Below, in pieces: positions 56,329 through 64,000 of a stretch of DNA of 64,000 nucleotides. Location of the stretch: NCBI GenBank assembly GCA_028714495.1, contig JAQTMH010000003.1, positions 72,496 through 136,495 on the forward strand, written 5' to 3'. The translations under genes were made by a program, and so were the position numbers. The stretch is from Patescibacteria group bacterium. Its GTDB lineage: Bacteria > Patescibacteriota > Patescibacteriia > JAHIZJ01. The notes beneath the pieces are model-generated. The model was not told the DNA's origin. It saw only the letters and a list, made by a program, of their open reading frames with translations, and made no database searches. Numbering within the stretch: position 1 is the first letter of the stretch; every line of letters starts with the position of its first letter.

Positions 56329-56486
56329 GCCATCCGGTCTTCTTAAGACGCCTAAACCATAACGTAAAATCAATATTTTGTCAACCTCAATAAAATGGGG
56401 CGGAGTAAACCCCTTATTTTTTGCGTAGGTGATTTTTCTACCGCTACCCCTTACGCCTGGCCGATAGATTTAGGTGAGGAAAATAT

Positions 56487-56900
56487 CTATTTAAGTTTTT
56501 TATCCAGCGCCTCGTTGACTAATCGGTCAGCCACTTTGTTCTGCTCACGGGAAATGTGTTTAAATTCCACCTTCTTAAACTGCTGGACCAGATTCCAAAC
56601 TTTTACAAAATACGGCCCCAGCTGGTGGTTTTTGACTTTGTATTTCAAAGTCAGTTGTTTGACCACCAGTTCGCTGTCCAAATAGCAGATCGCGGTCTGG
56701 GCGCCCAATTCCCTTGCCTTGGCCAGGCCCAAACCAACTGCCCGATATTCAGCTTGGTTATTGGTCAGCTCGCCCAAATATTCGGAAATCGTCTCAATTG
56801 CCTTTTTATCTTCGCTGGCGTATATCACAACGCCCGCGGCGGCTGGACCGGGATTGCCCCGGGCTCCGCCGTCTGAATAGATTATCACGCTTTTATCCAT
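56487..56900 (-). CDS. rnhA: Ribonuclease HI
   Basis: IYSDGGARGNPGPAAAG, NNQAEYRAV, YLDSELVV, SREQNKVADRL. 137 aa. Confidence 0.85.
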   Translation of the reverse strand: MDKSVIIYSDGGARGNPGPAAAGVVIYASEDKKAIETISEYLGELTNNQAEYRAVGLGLAKARELGAQTAICYLDSELVVKQLTLKYKVKNHQLGPYFVKVWNLVQQFKKVEFKHISREQNKVADRLVNEALDKKLK

Positions 56901-58605
56901 GGGATGGTTTTATATCAATCATTTTAAGCTGAAGCTCGCGCGTGCCATTCCACTCGTTGAAGCCGATTTCATAAGCCACGTCAACCTTATCCTGTCTAGT
57001 TAATTTATCGCCCCACTCGCCAAAGCCGAAGCCAATCAGCCGCCGCGCCACCTGCGATTTGTCGCGCACAACTAGACGCAGGTGTTTCTGGTCAGCCCCG
57101 ACTTGCTCCCAGTCTATCACTTCGGCTGAGCGCGTCACGAATCTCGGTATCGGATTCCCCTCGCCGAATGGCGCGAAGGTTTCAAGAGCCTCTGTCAGCG
57201 TCCAATCAATTTGCCCAAACGTTAATTCAGCTTCGAGCTCCAGCTTGGGTTTTAAGTCTACCTGCTTCAATTGACTGGCCGCCAGTTCTTGGAGTCCTTT
57301 TTTGAATTCGGAAACAGTCGCCCCTTCCTTCAGAGTAAATCCGCAAGCTTGCCGATGGCCGCCGTAGTGGCTCAATAAATGCTCCAGCTTTTTCAAAGCC
57401 TCGGTGATGTGAAATTCCGGCAAACTCCGGCCTGATCCGATTATCTGGTTCTGGCGCTTGCCGATTATCACCGTGGGCCGATGATATTCGTCAGTCAGCC
57501 TGGAGGCTACCAAGCCGACCAAACCAGCCGGCCAATCCCGCCCCTGGGCCACCAGCAAATATTGTTCTGGCGTTACTTCGCCAAGCTGAGTTTTAGCCTC
57601 CTGGGTTATTTTTTCCGTGAGGCGCTGGCGCTCCTGATTCATCTTGTGAAGATTTAGAGCCAGCCGGTCAGCTTCTTCCTTCAGCCCGGTGATGATCAAT
57701 TCATAGGCACTGTTGGCGTGATCAACTCTGCCAGCCGCGTTGAGCCTGGGTACGATTTGAAAAGCTACCGCCCGTGAATCGATTGCTTCGGACTTCAGGC
57801 TCATTACCGCATAGAGCGATTGCAAACCCACCCGACGGGTTTTCTGCAAAACGATCATCCCGTATTTCGCCAGGGTTCGATTTTCTCCCACCAGCGAAAC
57901 GTAATCTCCGATCGTCCCAAGCGCCACCAAATCCAAAAGCCATTTTTCCATAGATTCTTTCATCTGCCGCTTTTTGAATAAGGCCTGCGCCAGTTTAAAG
58001 GCGACGCCGGCGCCGCTGAGCTTTTGAAAGGGGTAATTATCTCCCACGCACCAGGGATTGATAATGCTAAAAGCCCGCGGCAATTCCGGATGAGGCATGT
58101 GGTGATCAGTAATAATTACTTCCAGGCCGAGCTGGTTGGCCAAAGCCACTTCCTCAATATTACTGGTGCCGCAGTCAACCGTGATGATCAATTTGGTGCC
58201 GTTTTTTGCCAACTCTTTGACTGTCTGAATATTTAAGCCATAGCCCTCGATTTGGCGGTCTGGCAGATAAACTTCGACCTGGCAATCAGGCTCAATTATC
58301 TTCAAGGCGCTGACCATGATCGCCGCCCCGCACACTCCGTCAGCGTCATAATCGCCATGGACCACGATCGGCTCTTTCTCTTTCAAAGCCTTAAAAATGC
58401 GTTCAACGGTTTTTTCCATGTCACGGAATAAAAATGGGTCGTGGATATCCTGGCCGTAATCTGGATTGGTAAATTCGTCAATGGCTTCCTGGGTACTCAA
58501 GCCGCGGTTGTAGAGCAATTGCAAAATAACCGGATGAATTTCCGGGAAAGAATCTTTATACGATTGCGGCATTGGCTTGGCGATCAGCCAACTTGATTCC
58601 TTCAT
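56893..58605 (-). CDS. recJ: Single-stranded-DNA-specific exonuclease RecJ
   Basis: VHGDYDADGVCG (DHH motif I-II), ITDHH, a DHHA1 domain and a C-terminal OB fold. 570 aa. Confidence 0.85.
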   Translation of the reverse strand: MKESSWLIAKPMPQSYKDSFPEIHPVILQLLYNRGLSTQEAIDEFTNPDYGQDIHDPFLFRDMEKTVERIFKALKEKEPIVVHGDYDADGVCGAAIMVSALKIIEPDCQVEVYLPDRQIEGYGLNIQTVKELAKNGTKLIITVDCGTSNIEEVALANQLGLEVIITDHHMPHPELPRAFSIINPWCVGDNYPFQKLSGAGVAFKLAQALFKKRQMKESMEKWLLDLVALGTIGDYVSLVGENRTLAKYGMIVLQKTRRVGLQSLYAVMSLKSEAIDSRAVAFQIVPRLNAAGRVDHANSAYELIITGLKEEADRLALNLHKMNQERQRLTEKITQEAKTQLGEVTPEQYLLVAQGRDWPAGLVGLVASRLTDEYHRPTVIIGKRQNQIIGSGRSLPEFHITEALKKLEHLLSHYGGHRQACGFTLKEGATVSEFKKGLQELAASQLKQVDLKPKLELEAELTFGQIDWTLTEALETFAPFGEGNPIPRFVTRSAEVIDWEQVGADQKHLRLVVRDKSQVARRLIGFGFGEWGDKLTRQDKVDVAYEIGFNEWNGTRELQLKMIDIKPSHG

Positions 58606-59039
58606 TTGCGTATGGGTCTTAGACTATTTTTTTGAACATACTTTTCTGCCTGCCGGAGCAGATATTTATAATTGCGATGCTTAAAAAACCGACTAGCCTC
58701 TTTAAACGTGCACCATTTGTACGCGGAATGTTCTCGCGACAGACGTATTCGTTCCCGCGTAAAGCCGAGAAAATAGGTTACCGTGCGCAAAAATAAACAC
58801 CCCTGGGCCCGAAAACGATAGTGAATTATTTCCCGAAAACCCTTTTCGATCTCGATATTTTTTATCCCAATCTCCTCCCCTGCCTCTCGCCGGGCGGCCC
58901 TCATCTCTGATTCACCCCTTTCAATCTTGCCTTTCGAGTATTCCCAAATGCCATATTGCCTTTTAAAAAGAATCAACACCTTGCCAGTGTTTTTATGAAC
59001 AACAATAATGCCGGCGGCCAAACTGCGTTTTTTCTTCAT
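58602..59039 (-). CDS. NUDIX hydrolase
   Basis: GKIERGESEMRAARREAGEEIGI (Nudix box). Confidence 0.8.
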   Translation of the reverse strand: MKKKRSLAAGIIVVHKNTGKVLILFKRQYGIWEYSKGKIERGESEMRAARREAGEEIGIKNIEIEKGFREIIHYRFRAQGCLFLRTVTYFLGFTRERIRLSREHSAYKWCTFKEASRFFKHRNYKYLLRQAEKYVQKNSLRPIRK

Positions 59040-60214
59040 GAACTTTTCTTAATGAATTTGGCGGCGGCGCGGGCTATGATATATTCTTCGCTCGTTGGTA
59101 TAACCAGGACTTTTGTTTCCTTCGGCTTCCTCAACCCCTGGAGGATTAATCGCCTAACCGTGGAATTGCGTTCGCCGATGCCGGCCGTGAAAACTATTGC
59201 GTCAGTCCGCGGCAGTAATGATAAATACGAACCCAAATATTTTTGGACGCTGTAAACGAATACCTCAAGCGCCTGTTTTGCCCGCTGCCGTTCTATTTTA
59301 TTGAACTTCCTTCTGGCCCGAAATCCAGGAACGAGCCAACCGGCCGCTATTAAAACCTCCCGTAAATCAGAGCTTAAACCGCTTAGACCTTGCCAGCCAG
59401 ATTCTTTATTGAGAAGCTTTTTAAGCTCGGGAAGAGACAGACCTAATTCGTCAAGCAAATAAAATACCGCTCCCGGATCAATATCGCCAGAGCGCGTAGC
59501 CATAGTCAAGCCGGCCAAAGGCGTGAAACCCATGGTCGTATCAATTGAGCGGCCGTTCTGAATTGCCGTTAAACTGCAACCGCTGCCCAAATGGCAGGTA
59601 ATGAGATTTAGCTTGGCTAAGGGCCGGCCCAACCTTTTAGCCGCCTCTTCAGCCACGTACTGATGGGAAAGGCCGTGAAAACCGTATTTGCGAATCTGGT
59701 GTTTAGAGTAATATTTAAGCGGCAGGGAGTACAAAAAGGCTTTCGGCTTCAGCGTCGAGTGGAAGGCCGTGTCAAAATGCGCAATGTTCTTTATCCGAGG
59801 CAACAGTCTTAAACAGGCTCTGACCCCATCCGCGTTGGCCGGATTGTGCAAGGGTGCCAGCGACGAGTAACGCTCGATGGTTTTTAAAATTCTGGGGCTA
59901 ATAAGGACGGGCCGAGTTAATTTTTCTCCGCCGTGGACAATCCGATGTCCAACAATGTCAATGCCAAAGTTAAAGCTTTTTATTTTACCCAAGACCAGAC
60001 GTAAAGCTTCGGTATGATTTCTAATCCCAGGCGCGAAATTCACATGGACTAGGCGTTGACCAGCCGCTTGGTATTCGAAAAATGAATTTTTCAAGCCGAT
60101 ACGCTCAACTATCCCCTTCAAGCGCTCACGCAAACCAGCTAATTCGAAAAGTGTGAATTTCAGGGTGGCGCTGCCAGAATTTATTACTAAAATATTTTTT
60201 GGCCTATTTTTCAT
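59036..60214 (-). CDS. ackA: Acetate kinase
   Basis: ILVINSGSATLKF, HRIVHGG, AHFDTAFH, KYGFHGLSH, CHLGSG, FTAGIGE. Confidence 0.85.
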   Translation of the reverse strand: MKNRPKNILVINSGSATLKFTLFELAGLRERLKGIVERIGLKNSFFEYQAAGQRLVHVNFAPGIRNHTEALRLVLGKIKSFNFGIDIVGHRIVHGGEKLTRPVLISPRILKTIERYSSLAPLHNPANADGVRACLRLLPRIKNIAHFDTAFHSTLKPKAFLYSLPLKYYSKHQIRKYGFHGLSHQYVAEEAAKRLGRPLAKLNLITCHLGSGCSLTAIQNGRSIDTTMGFTPLAGLTMATRSGDIDPGAVFYLLDELGLSLPELKKLLNKESGWQGLSGLSSDLREVLIAAGWLVPGFRARRKFNKIERQRAKQALEVFVYSVQKYLGSYLSLLPRTDAIVFTAGIGERNSTVRRLILQGLRKPKETKVLVIPTSEEYIIARAAAKFIKKSS

Positions 60215-60516
60215 AACTGATTGAGTATTGATTTTAAACGTTCAGCTTCTTCGACCACCACCGGCGAGTCGTATTCCCCGGCGTGAGCACGAACTCCTTC
60301 GTAAACCGGTTTTTTCGCGTCGAGGTGAAGATTCGCGGACAAACCGTTTGGGCTAAAATCCTGGATATAAAGGTGTAGCCGTGGAAAGGGCGTCCGGCGC
60401 AGCTGACGAATATAGCTAACTTCGCCTGTCCGCCGATTGAAAATTTCAAAATAGCCGCAGCGCCTCATTAACATTCGCTCGTTTTCACGAAACGCCTTAG
60501 CCAGAACAATTTTCAT
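60211..60516 (-). CDS. Hypothetical protein (101 aa) between ackA and pduL
   Basis: ORF with 4-bp overlaps on both sides. No recognisable motif. Confidence 0.3.
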   Translation of the reverse strand: MKIVLAKAFRENERMLMRRCGYFEIFNRRTGEVSYIRQLRRTPFPRLHLYIQDFSPNGLSANLHLDAKKPVYEGVRAHAGEYDSPVVVEEAERLKSILNQL

Positions 60517-61112
60517 TTTTCCCCGCCTTTCAAAAGCACCACGCCGTAGGCCCGGCCCTTAACACCCGCGGCGTTAGCTTCGTCAGTATCAATTTGAAAA
60601 GAAAGCCGATCAATGCCCGGGTGGCTGCGCACCACCACTCGGTGAAAAGTCAGCGACCGCTGACCTTCGATTTTAACGCTGACCAGTTGGCGGTGCTTCA
60701 AACCATATTTTTTGGCTAGTTTAGGCTCAAGATGGAGGTGTCTTTGGGCAATAATTACGCCACTGGTCATTTTTATCGACCCGCGCGGTCCAATCACTTT
60801 CACCCCGCCGCTTGTGCCGGTCAAATCCCCTGACCTCCGCATTAAGGGATTTAGTTCGAGAAAATAGGCGTCGGTCCTAGAAATTTCTAGCTGGGTTTTT
60901 AGACGGCCCGGCCCCACAACCCTGACTTTGGGAAAAACTCCGCCGGGGCCTGCTACTTTGACCGTTTCCTTGGCGGCATACTGGCCGGGCTGGGAAATTT
61001 TTCTAAGTAAAGTCAATTTGTAATTTTTGCCAAATAGCCTGAAAAGATCTTTTTGGAACAAATGGATGTGACGCGCTGAAACTTCGATTAGAGTACGAAA
61101 GTTTTTTTTCAT
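60513..61112 (-). CDS. pduL: PduL-type phosphate acyltransferase (phosphotransacetylase analogue)
   Basis: Two PduL repeats with SARHIHL... and AQRHLHL... 199 aa. Confidence 0.7.
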   Translation of the reverse strand: MKKNFRTLIEVSARHIHLFQKDLFRLFGKNYKLTLLRKISQPGQYAAKETVKVAGPGGVFPKVRVVGPGRLKTQLEISRTDAYFLELNPLMRRSGDLTGTSGGVKVIGPRGSIKMTSGVIIAQRHLHLEPKLAKKYGLKHRQLVSVKIEGQRSLTFHRVVVRSHPGIDRLSFQIDTDEANAAGVKGRAYGVVLLKGGEK

Positions 61113-61113
61113 A

Positions 61114-62139
61114 TTACCAATCTTTTTTATAAATTTTTCTGGCCCGTTCGAGAATTGACGATCTAGACAATAAGCCAGGTTGAGCGCCGATTACCGAAAC
61201 AACTGAACTGCTGTTGACCATGGCTAGGCGCAGAGCGCGCCGGATGTTGTTTTTAAAAAGGATAATCCCGGCTACAAAAGTCGAACTGAAGGCATCGCCG
61301 GCGCCGGTCGTATCAACGACTTTTACCTTGACGGCTTTTTCATGATAGCGGTTCTGTCCGTCAAAAACATAGGCCCCGCGCTCGGCGTCTGTTATCGCGA
61401 CAATTTTTGGTCCCCAGCTTTGAATAGCCTTGAGCAATGGCCAGGGTTGATGGATCTGGCCGATTGAGCCGTGGCTTGAACGCACCAATTCGATCGCTTC
61501 GCTTTTATTCAGAAACAATACTTGGGCAAGGCGGAAAAGTGAAGCCAAGCCGTGTCGTCCCCGCTTGAGCTGTGTTTCGCCTGGATTCCAGGCCAGCCGG
61601 GTCTTTTTGTGTGATTTAAGATAATCAACCAGATTACGGGCCGTGACCTGCCAATGTCTGTCACTGAGCGAGGAGACATAAAACCACTTGGCTCTGGCCC
61701 GCTCAAGCTCAGTCTGGGTCATTTTCATGTTGTCATTGGCCCCACGGTATAAAAAGGCCACGTGTTCTTTCGTCTTTTCGTCAATCACAAAAAAGGAAAA
61801 ACCGGTCGAAAGTTTCTGATCGTATTCGATATACTTGGTGGTGATGTTTTCATCGGCCAATTCGGTTTCAATGATTTTTCCGTCTTTGTCAGATCCGACT
61901 CGGACAAAAGCCGCGGTCTTTAATCCCAACCGGGCAAAACCGACGGCCGTATTGCATCCCCCGCCGCCAAACACAAAATGCGTCGAACTGGGCATGATCT
62001 TCGCGCCGTATTCAAAGCCGATTAAATTCTGAGGCGAAACTTCCTGGCCACCCGGAATCAATGAGCCGGCAGTGGTGTAAAACATTATATCGCGGGTCGC
62101 TCCGCCAATTGTTACGACCGAGTAGGTCTTTCGAAACAT
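61114..62139 (-). CDS. PfkB-family carbohydrate or nucleoside kinase (ribokinase-like)
   Basis: DTTGAGDAFSSTFVAGI, GGGGCN. Confidence 0.8.
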   Translation of the reverse strand: MFRKTYSVVTIGGATRDIMFYTTAGSLIPGGQEVSPQNLIGFEYGAKIMPSSTHFVFGGGGCNTAVGFARLGLKTAAFVRVGSDKDGKIIETELADENITTKYIEYDQKLSTGFSFFVIDEKTKEHVAFLYRGANDNMKMTQTELERARAKWFYVSSLSDRHWQVTARNLVDYLKSHKKTRLAWNPGETQLKRGRHGLASLFRLAQVLFLNKSEAIELVRSSHGSIGQIHQPWPLLKAIQSWGPKIVAITDAERGAYVFDGQNRYHEKAVKVKVVDTTGAGDAFSSTFVAGIILFKNNIRRALRLAMVNSSSVVSVIGAQPGLLSRSSILERARKIYKKDW

Positions 62140-62142
62140 AGT

Positions 62143-63720
62143 TTATTCTTTAGTGATAAAACCATCGGGGAAATGACAGAGTGGTTTACCCGTCATTTCG
62201 GCAGGCTGCTTAATTTTATATAAATTTAATATTGTCGGCGCGATGTCTCCGCTTACGCCGTTTTTCTTTAAGCGTAAATTTCGGTATTGCTCGGATATAA
62301 TATAAAACGGGACCGGATTACTGGTATGATTGGTGTTTACTTCTCCCGTCTTGAGATTAAATTTTTCCTCAGCATTTCCATGGTCACTGGTAATAAAAAC
62401 TGTCCCGCGCTTAGCCAAGGCCGCTTTAACTATCCGACCAACGCACTCATCAACCACCTCAATAGCCTTAATCGTTGCCCCGAGATTGCCGGTATGGCCA
62501 ACCATATCGGGATTGGCGAAATTGACGCCGTAAAAATCATACACATAATTTTCAATATTATTAACCACGACCTGCGTAATCTGGTAGGCGCTCATTTCCG
62601 GCTTTTCATCGTAGGATCTGACATCGGGCGACGGAACCAAAACACGATGTTCGCTGGCGACTGGATCGGCGTAGCCGCCATTCATGAAATAAGTCACGTG
62701 AGCGTATTTTTCCGATTCGGCGATATAAAGCTGATGAAAATCCTTTAAAGCCATGGGCAGAGTTCCTTTCAAATCAGCGCTGGGAAAAGCCGTCAGAATT
62801 CCCGGCAAATCTGGACCGAAATCAGTCATGGCCACGAACCGCAATCCCCTGATGATTCTTTTGCGCTTGAAGCCGGCAAAATCGGGCTGAACGAAAGACT
62901 TGGCTAATTGCCGTGTCCGATCCGACCGTAAATTGTAATAAATAATTGAATCGTTGTCATTCATTACGCCGATTGGCTTGCCTTTGTCCGTAATAACCGT
63001 GGGGTGGATGAATTCATCGCTTTCCCCCCGGTTATAGGCCGTGACAATGGCTTTTTCGGGATCGGTATTTTTAATGCCCTGGCCGAGGGCCAGCGCGTTG
63101 TAAGCAAGCTCAGTACGGCTCCAAACCTTTTTCCGGTCCATGGCGTAGAAACGCCCCTGGAGCGAGGCAACCCTCACTTCCGGAAACTTCTTTAGCACTA
63201 CCAGCAAATCTCTGAGATAACCGACTGAGGCGTACTGGGGCGAATCGCGCCCGTCAGTGAAAAGGTGCAAAAAGACCTTTTTCACCCCCTCGCCGTGAGC
63301 CATGGTGATTAAGGCCAATAAATGGTCGGGGTCGCTGTGGGCGCTTTGCTCGGCTGTCAGTAATCCCATAATGTGCAGGTTGGAGTGGTTGCGCTGGGTA
63401 TGGCCAATCGCCTCACGGAACGCCGGATTTTTGAAAAAGGTTCCGTCGCTGATTGCCTTCGAGATTATCACCGAATCCTGGTCGACAATCCGGCCAGCCC
63501 CGATGTTCATATGTCCGGCTTCTGAATTTCCATCCTGGCCCACCGGCAAGCCAACTTCGCGGCTGGATGAATTTAGCTGGGTATGGGGATAAGCTTCGAA
63601 CTTGTCGAAATTCGGTTTCTTGGCCAATAAAATGGCATTGCCGCGACTAGGCGGAGCAATACCCCAACCGTCCATCACGATCAGGACAACCGGCTTATTT
63701 TTAACTTTTTTGGCTATCAA
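62143..63720 (-). CDS. gpmI: 2,3-bisphosphoglycerate-independent phosphoglycerate mutase
   Basis: VVLIVMDGWG, SDHGNAEE, HTSNPVPF. 525 aa. Confidence 0.9.
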   Translation of the reverse strand: MIAKKVKNKPVVLIVMDGWGIAPPSRGNAILLAKKPNFDKFEAYPHTQLNSSSREVGLPVGQDGNSEAGHMNIGAGRIVDQDSVIISKAISDGTFFKNPAFREAIGHTQRNHSNLHIMGLLTAEQSAHSDPDHLLALITMAHGEGVKKVFLHLFTDGRDSPQYASVGYLRDLLVVLKKFPEVRVASLQGRFYAMDRKKVWSRTELAYNALALGQGIKNTDPEKAIVTAYNRGESDEFIHPTVITDKGKPIGVMNDNDSIIYYNLRSDRTRQLAKSFVQPDFAGFKRKRIIRGLRFVAMTDFGPDLPGILTAFPSADLKGTLPMALKDFHQLYIAESEKYAHVTYFMNGGYADPVASEHRVLVPSPDVRSYDEKPEMSAYQITQVVVNNIENYVYDFYGVNFANPDMVGHTGNLGATIKAIEVVDECVGRIVKAALAKRGTVFITSDHGNAEEKFNLKTGEVNTNHTSNPVPFYIISEQYRNLRLKKNGVSGDIAPTILNLYKIKQPAEMTGKPLCHFPDGFITKE

Positions 63721-63734
63721 CTGGCTTCTTCCTT

Positions 63735-64000
63735 TTAATTATTCTCGATATGGTCCTCAATCTCCATCAAACGATTGTATTTCACGACCCGCTCGCCTCG
63801 GGAAACTGAACCGGCCTTCAAGTAATCGGCTTTTAGGCCAACCGCCAAATCGACGATTGTGGTATCAGTAGTTTCCCCTGACCGGTGAGACACGACCACT
63901 TGGAAATTGTTTTTCTTGGCGAATTCAACCGTGTCAATCGTCTCGGTAATCGTGCCGATCTGATTTGGCTTGATCAATATGCCATTGCTGGCTTTCCGCT
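63735..64000 (-). CDS. eno: Enolase, C-terminal part (the gene continues beyond the window edge)
   Basis: KPNQIGTITETIDTVEFAKKNNFQVVVSHRSGETTDTTIVDLAVGL...KAGSVSRGERVVKYNRL. The frame is open through position 64000. Confidence 0.85.
   Translation of the reverse strand, partial: RKASNGILIKPNQIGTITETIDTVEFAKKNNFQVVVSHRSGETTDTTIVDLAVGLKADYLKAGSVSRGERVVKYNRLMEIEDHIENN

Larger units (their letters stand above)
55575..56352 (-). ncRNA. rnpB: RNase P RNA (bacterial type A-like) with an expanded S-domain and a duplicated 113-nt hairpin module
   Basis: Minus-strand motifs are GGAGGAAAGUCCGAAC (P4 5'), ACAGAGACAAAACCGC...GGGUGAAAAGAGUGGG, AAGACCGAAUAGG, GGGUAGGUUGCUUGAGCC, and GACAGAAUUCGGCUUA (P4 3'). 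The P1 helix is GCGUCUUAAGAAGACC / GGUUUUCUUAAGACGC. P2 is GGAUGGCC / GGUCAUCC. Confidence 0.8.

Noticed and set aside
1-64000. CRISPR arrays, transposases, integrases, prophage genes
   Set aside because: None detected. The only long direct repeats are the rnpB modules, and intragenic repeats in the giant surface-protein gene.

Overview
This 64 kb window is gene-dense bacterial chromosome with a baseline of roughly 43-48% GC. Most genes sit on the minus strand, and the content (many glycosyltransferases, standalone receiver domains, lipoproteins, a giant repeat surface protein, a minimal glycolytic tail) is compatible with a small-genome, CPR/Patescibacteria-like organism. That taxonomic placement is inference only.

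Housekeeping genes recognised from motifs:
- Translation: ileS, argS, hisS, lepA, infC-rpmI-rplT, smpB plus tmRNA.
- DNA and RNA metabolism: recO, recJ, rnhA.
- Central metabolism: ackA with a PduL-type phosphotransacylase, gpmI, and a partial eno at the window end.
- Envelope and transport: ftsE-ftsX with an RlpA-like protein, murJ, a MacB-like ABC pair, NRAMP, and a ZIP transporter.
- Glycan synthesis: a cluster of three GT4 glycosyltransferases, a Wzz-like protein, an initiating sugar transferase and a DUF4012 protein.

RNA genes found by eye:
- tmRNA directly after smpB.
- RNase P RNA carrying an unusual duplicated 113-nt module.
- tRNA-Gly(CCC), tRNA-Thr(CGU), tRNA-Gln(UUG), and two tandem tRNA-His(GUG) genes with identical cores but different acceptor stems.

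The most interesting locus is a histidine-themed region, which includes a GC-rich (~58%) stretch carrying hisS, both tRNA-His genes and a MIO-type (HAL/PAL family) ammonia-lyase. Immediately downstream of hisS is a complete T-box riboswitch leader: its own promoter, a stem I with a CAC (His) specifier, a T-box sequence with a UGGG bulge matching the C73 discriminator of tRNA-His, and a terminator. This leader controls not hisS but a five-gene mosaic operon. Two of its genes are AT-rich (a PNP/UDP-family nucleoside phosphorylase and a xylose-isomerase-like TIM-barrel protein). Three are GC-rich (an unknown protein that may be APH-like, a HAD-IIB phosphatase, and a type-I PRTase-like protein).

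Other, smaller observations:
- Several further GC-rich islets that look horizontally acquired.
- A frameshift in the His-rich loop of the ZIP transporter.
- A non-AUG (AUU) infC start.
- A perfect 34-bp palindrome.

No CRISPR array, transposase or integrase was seen.
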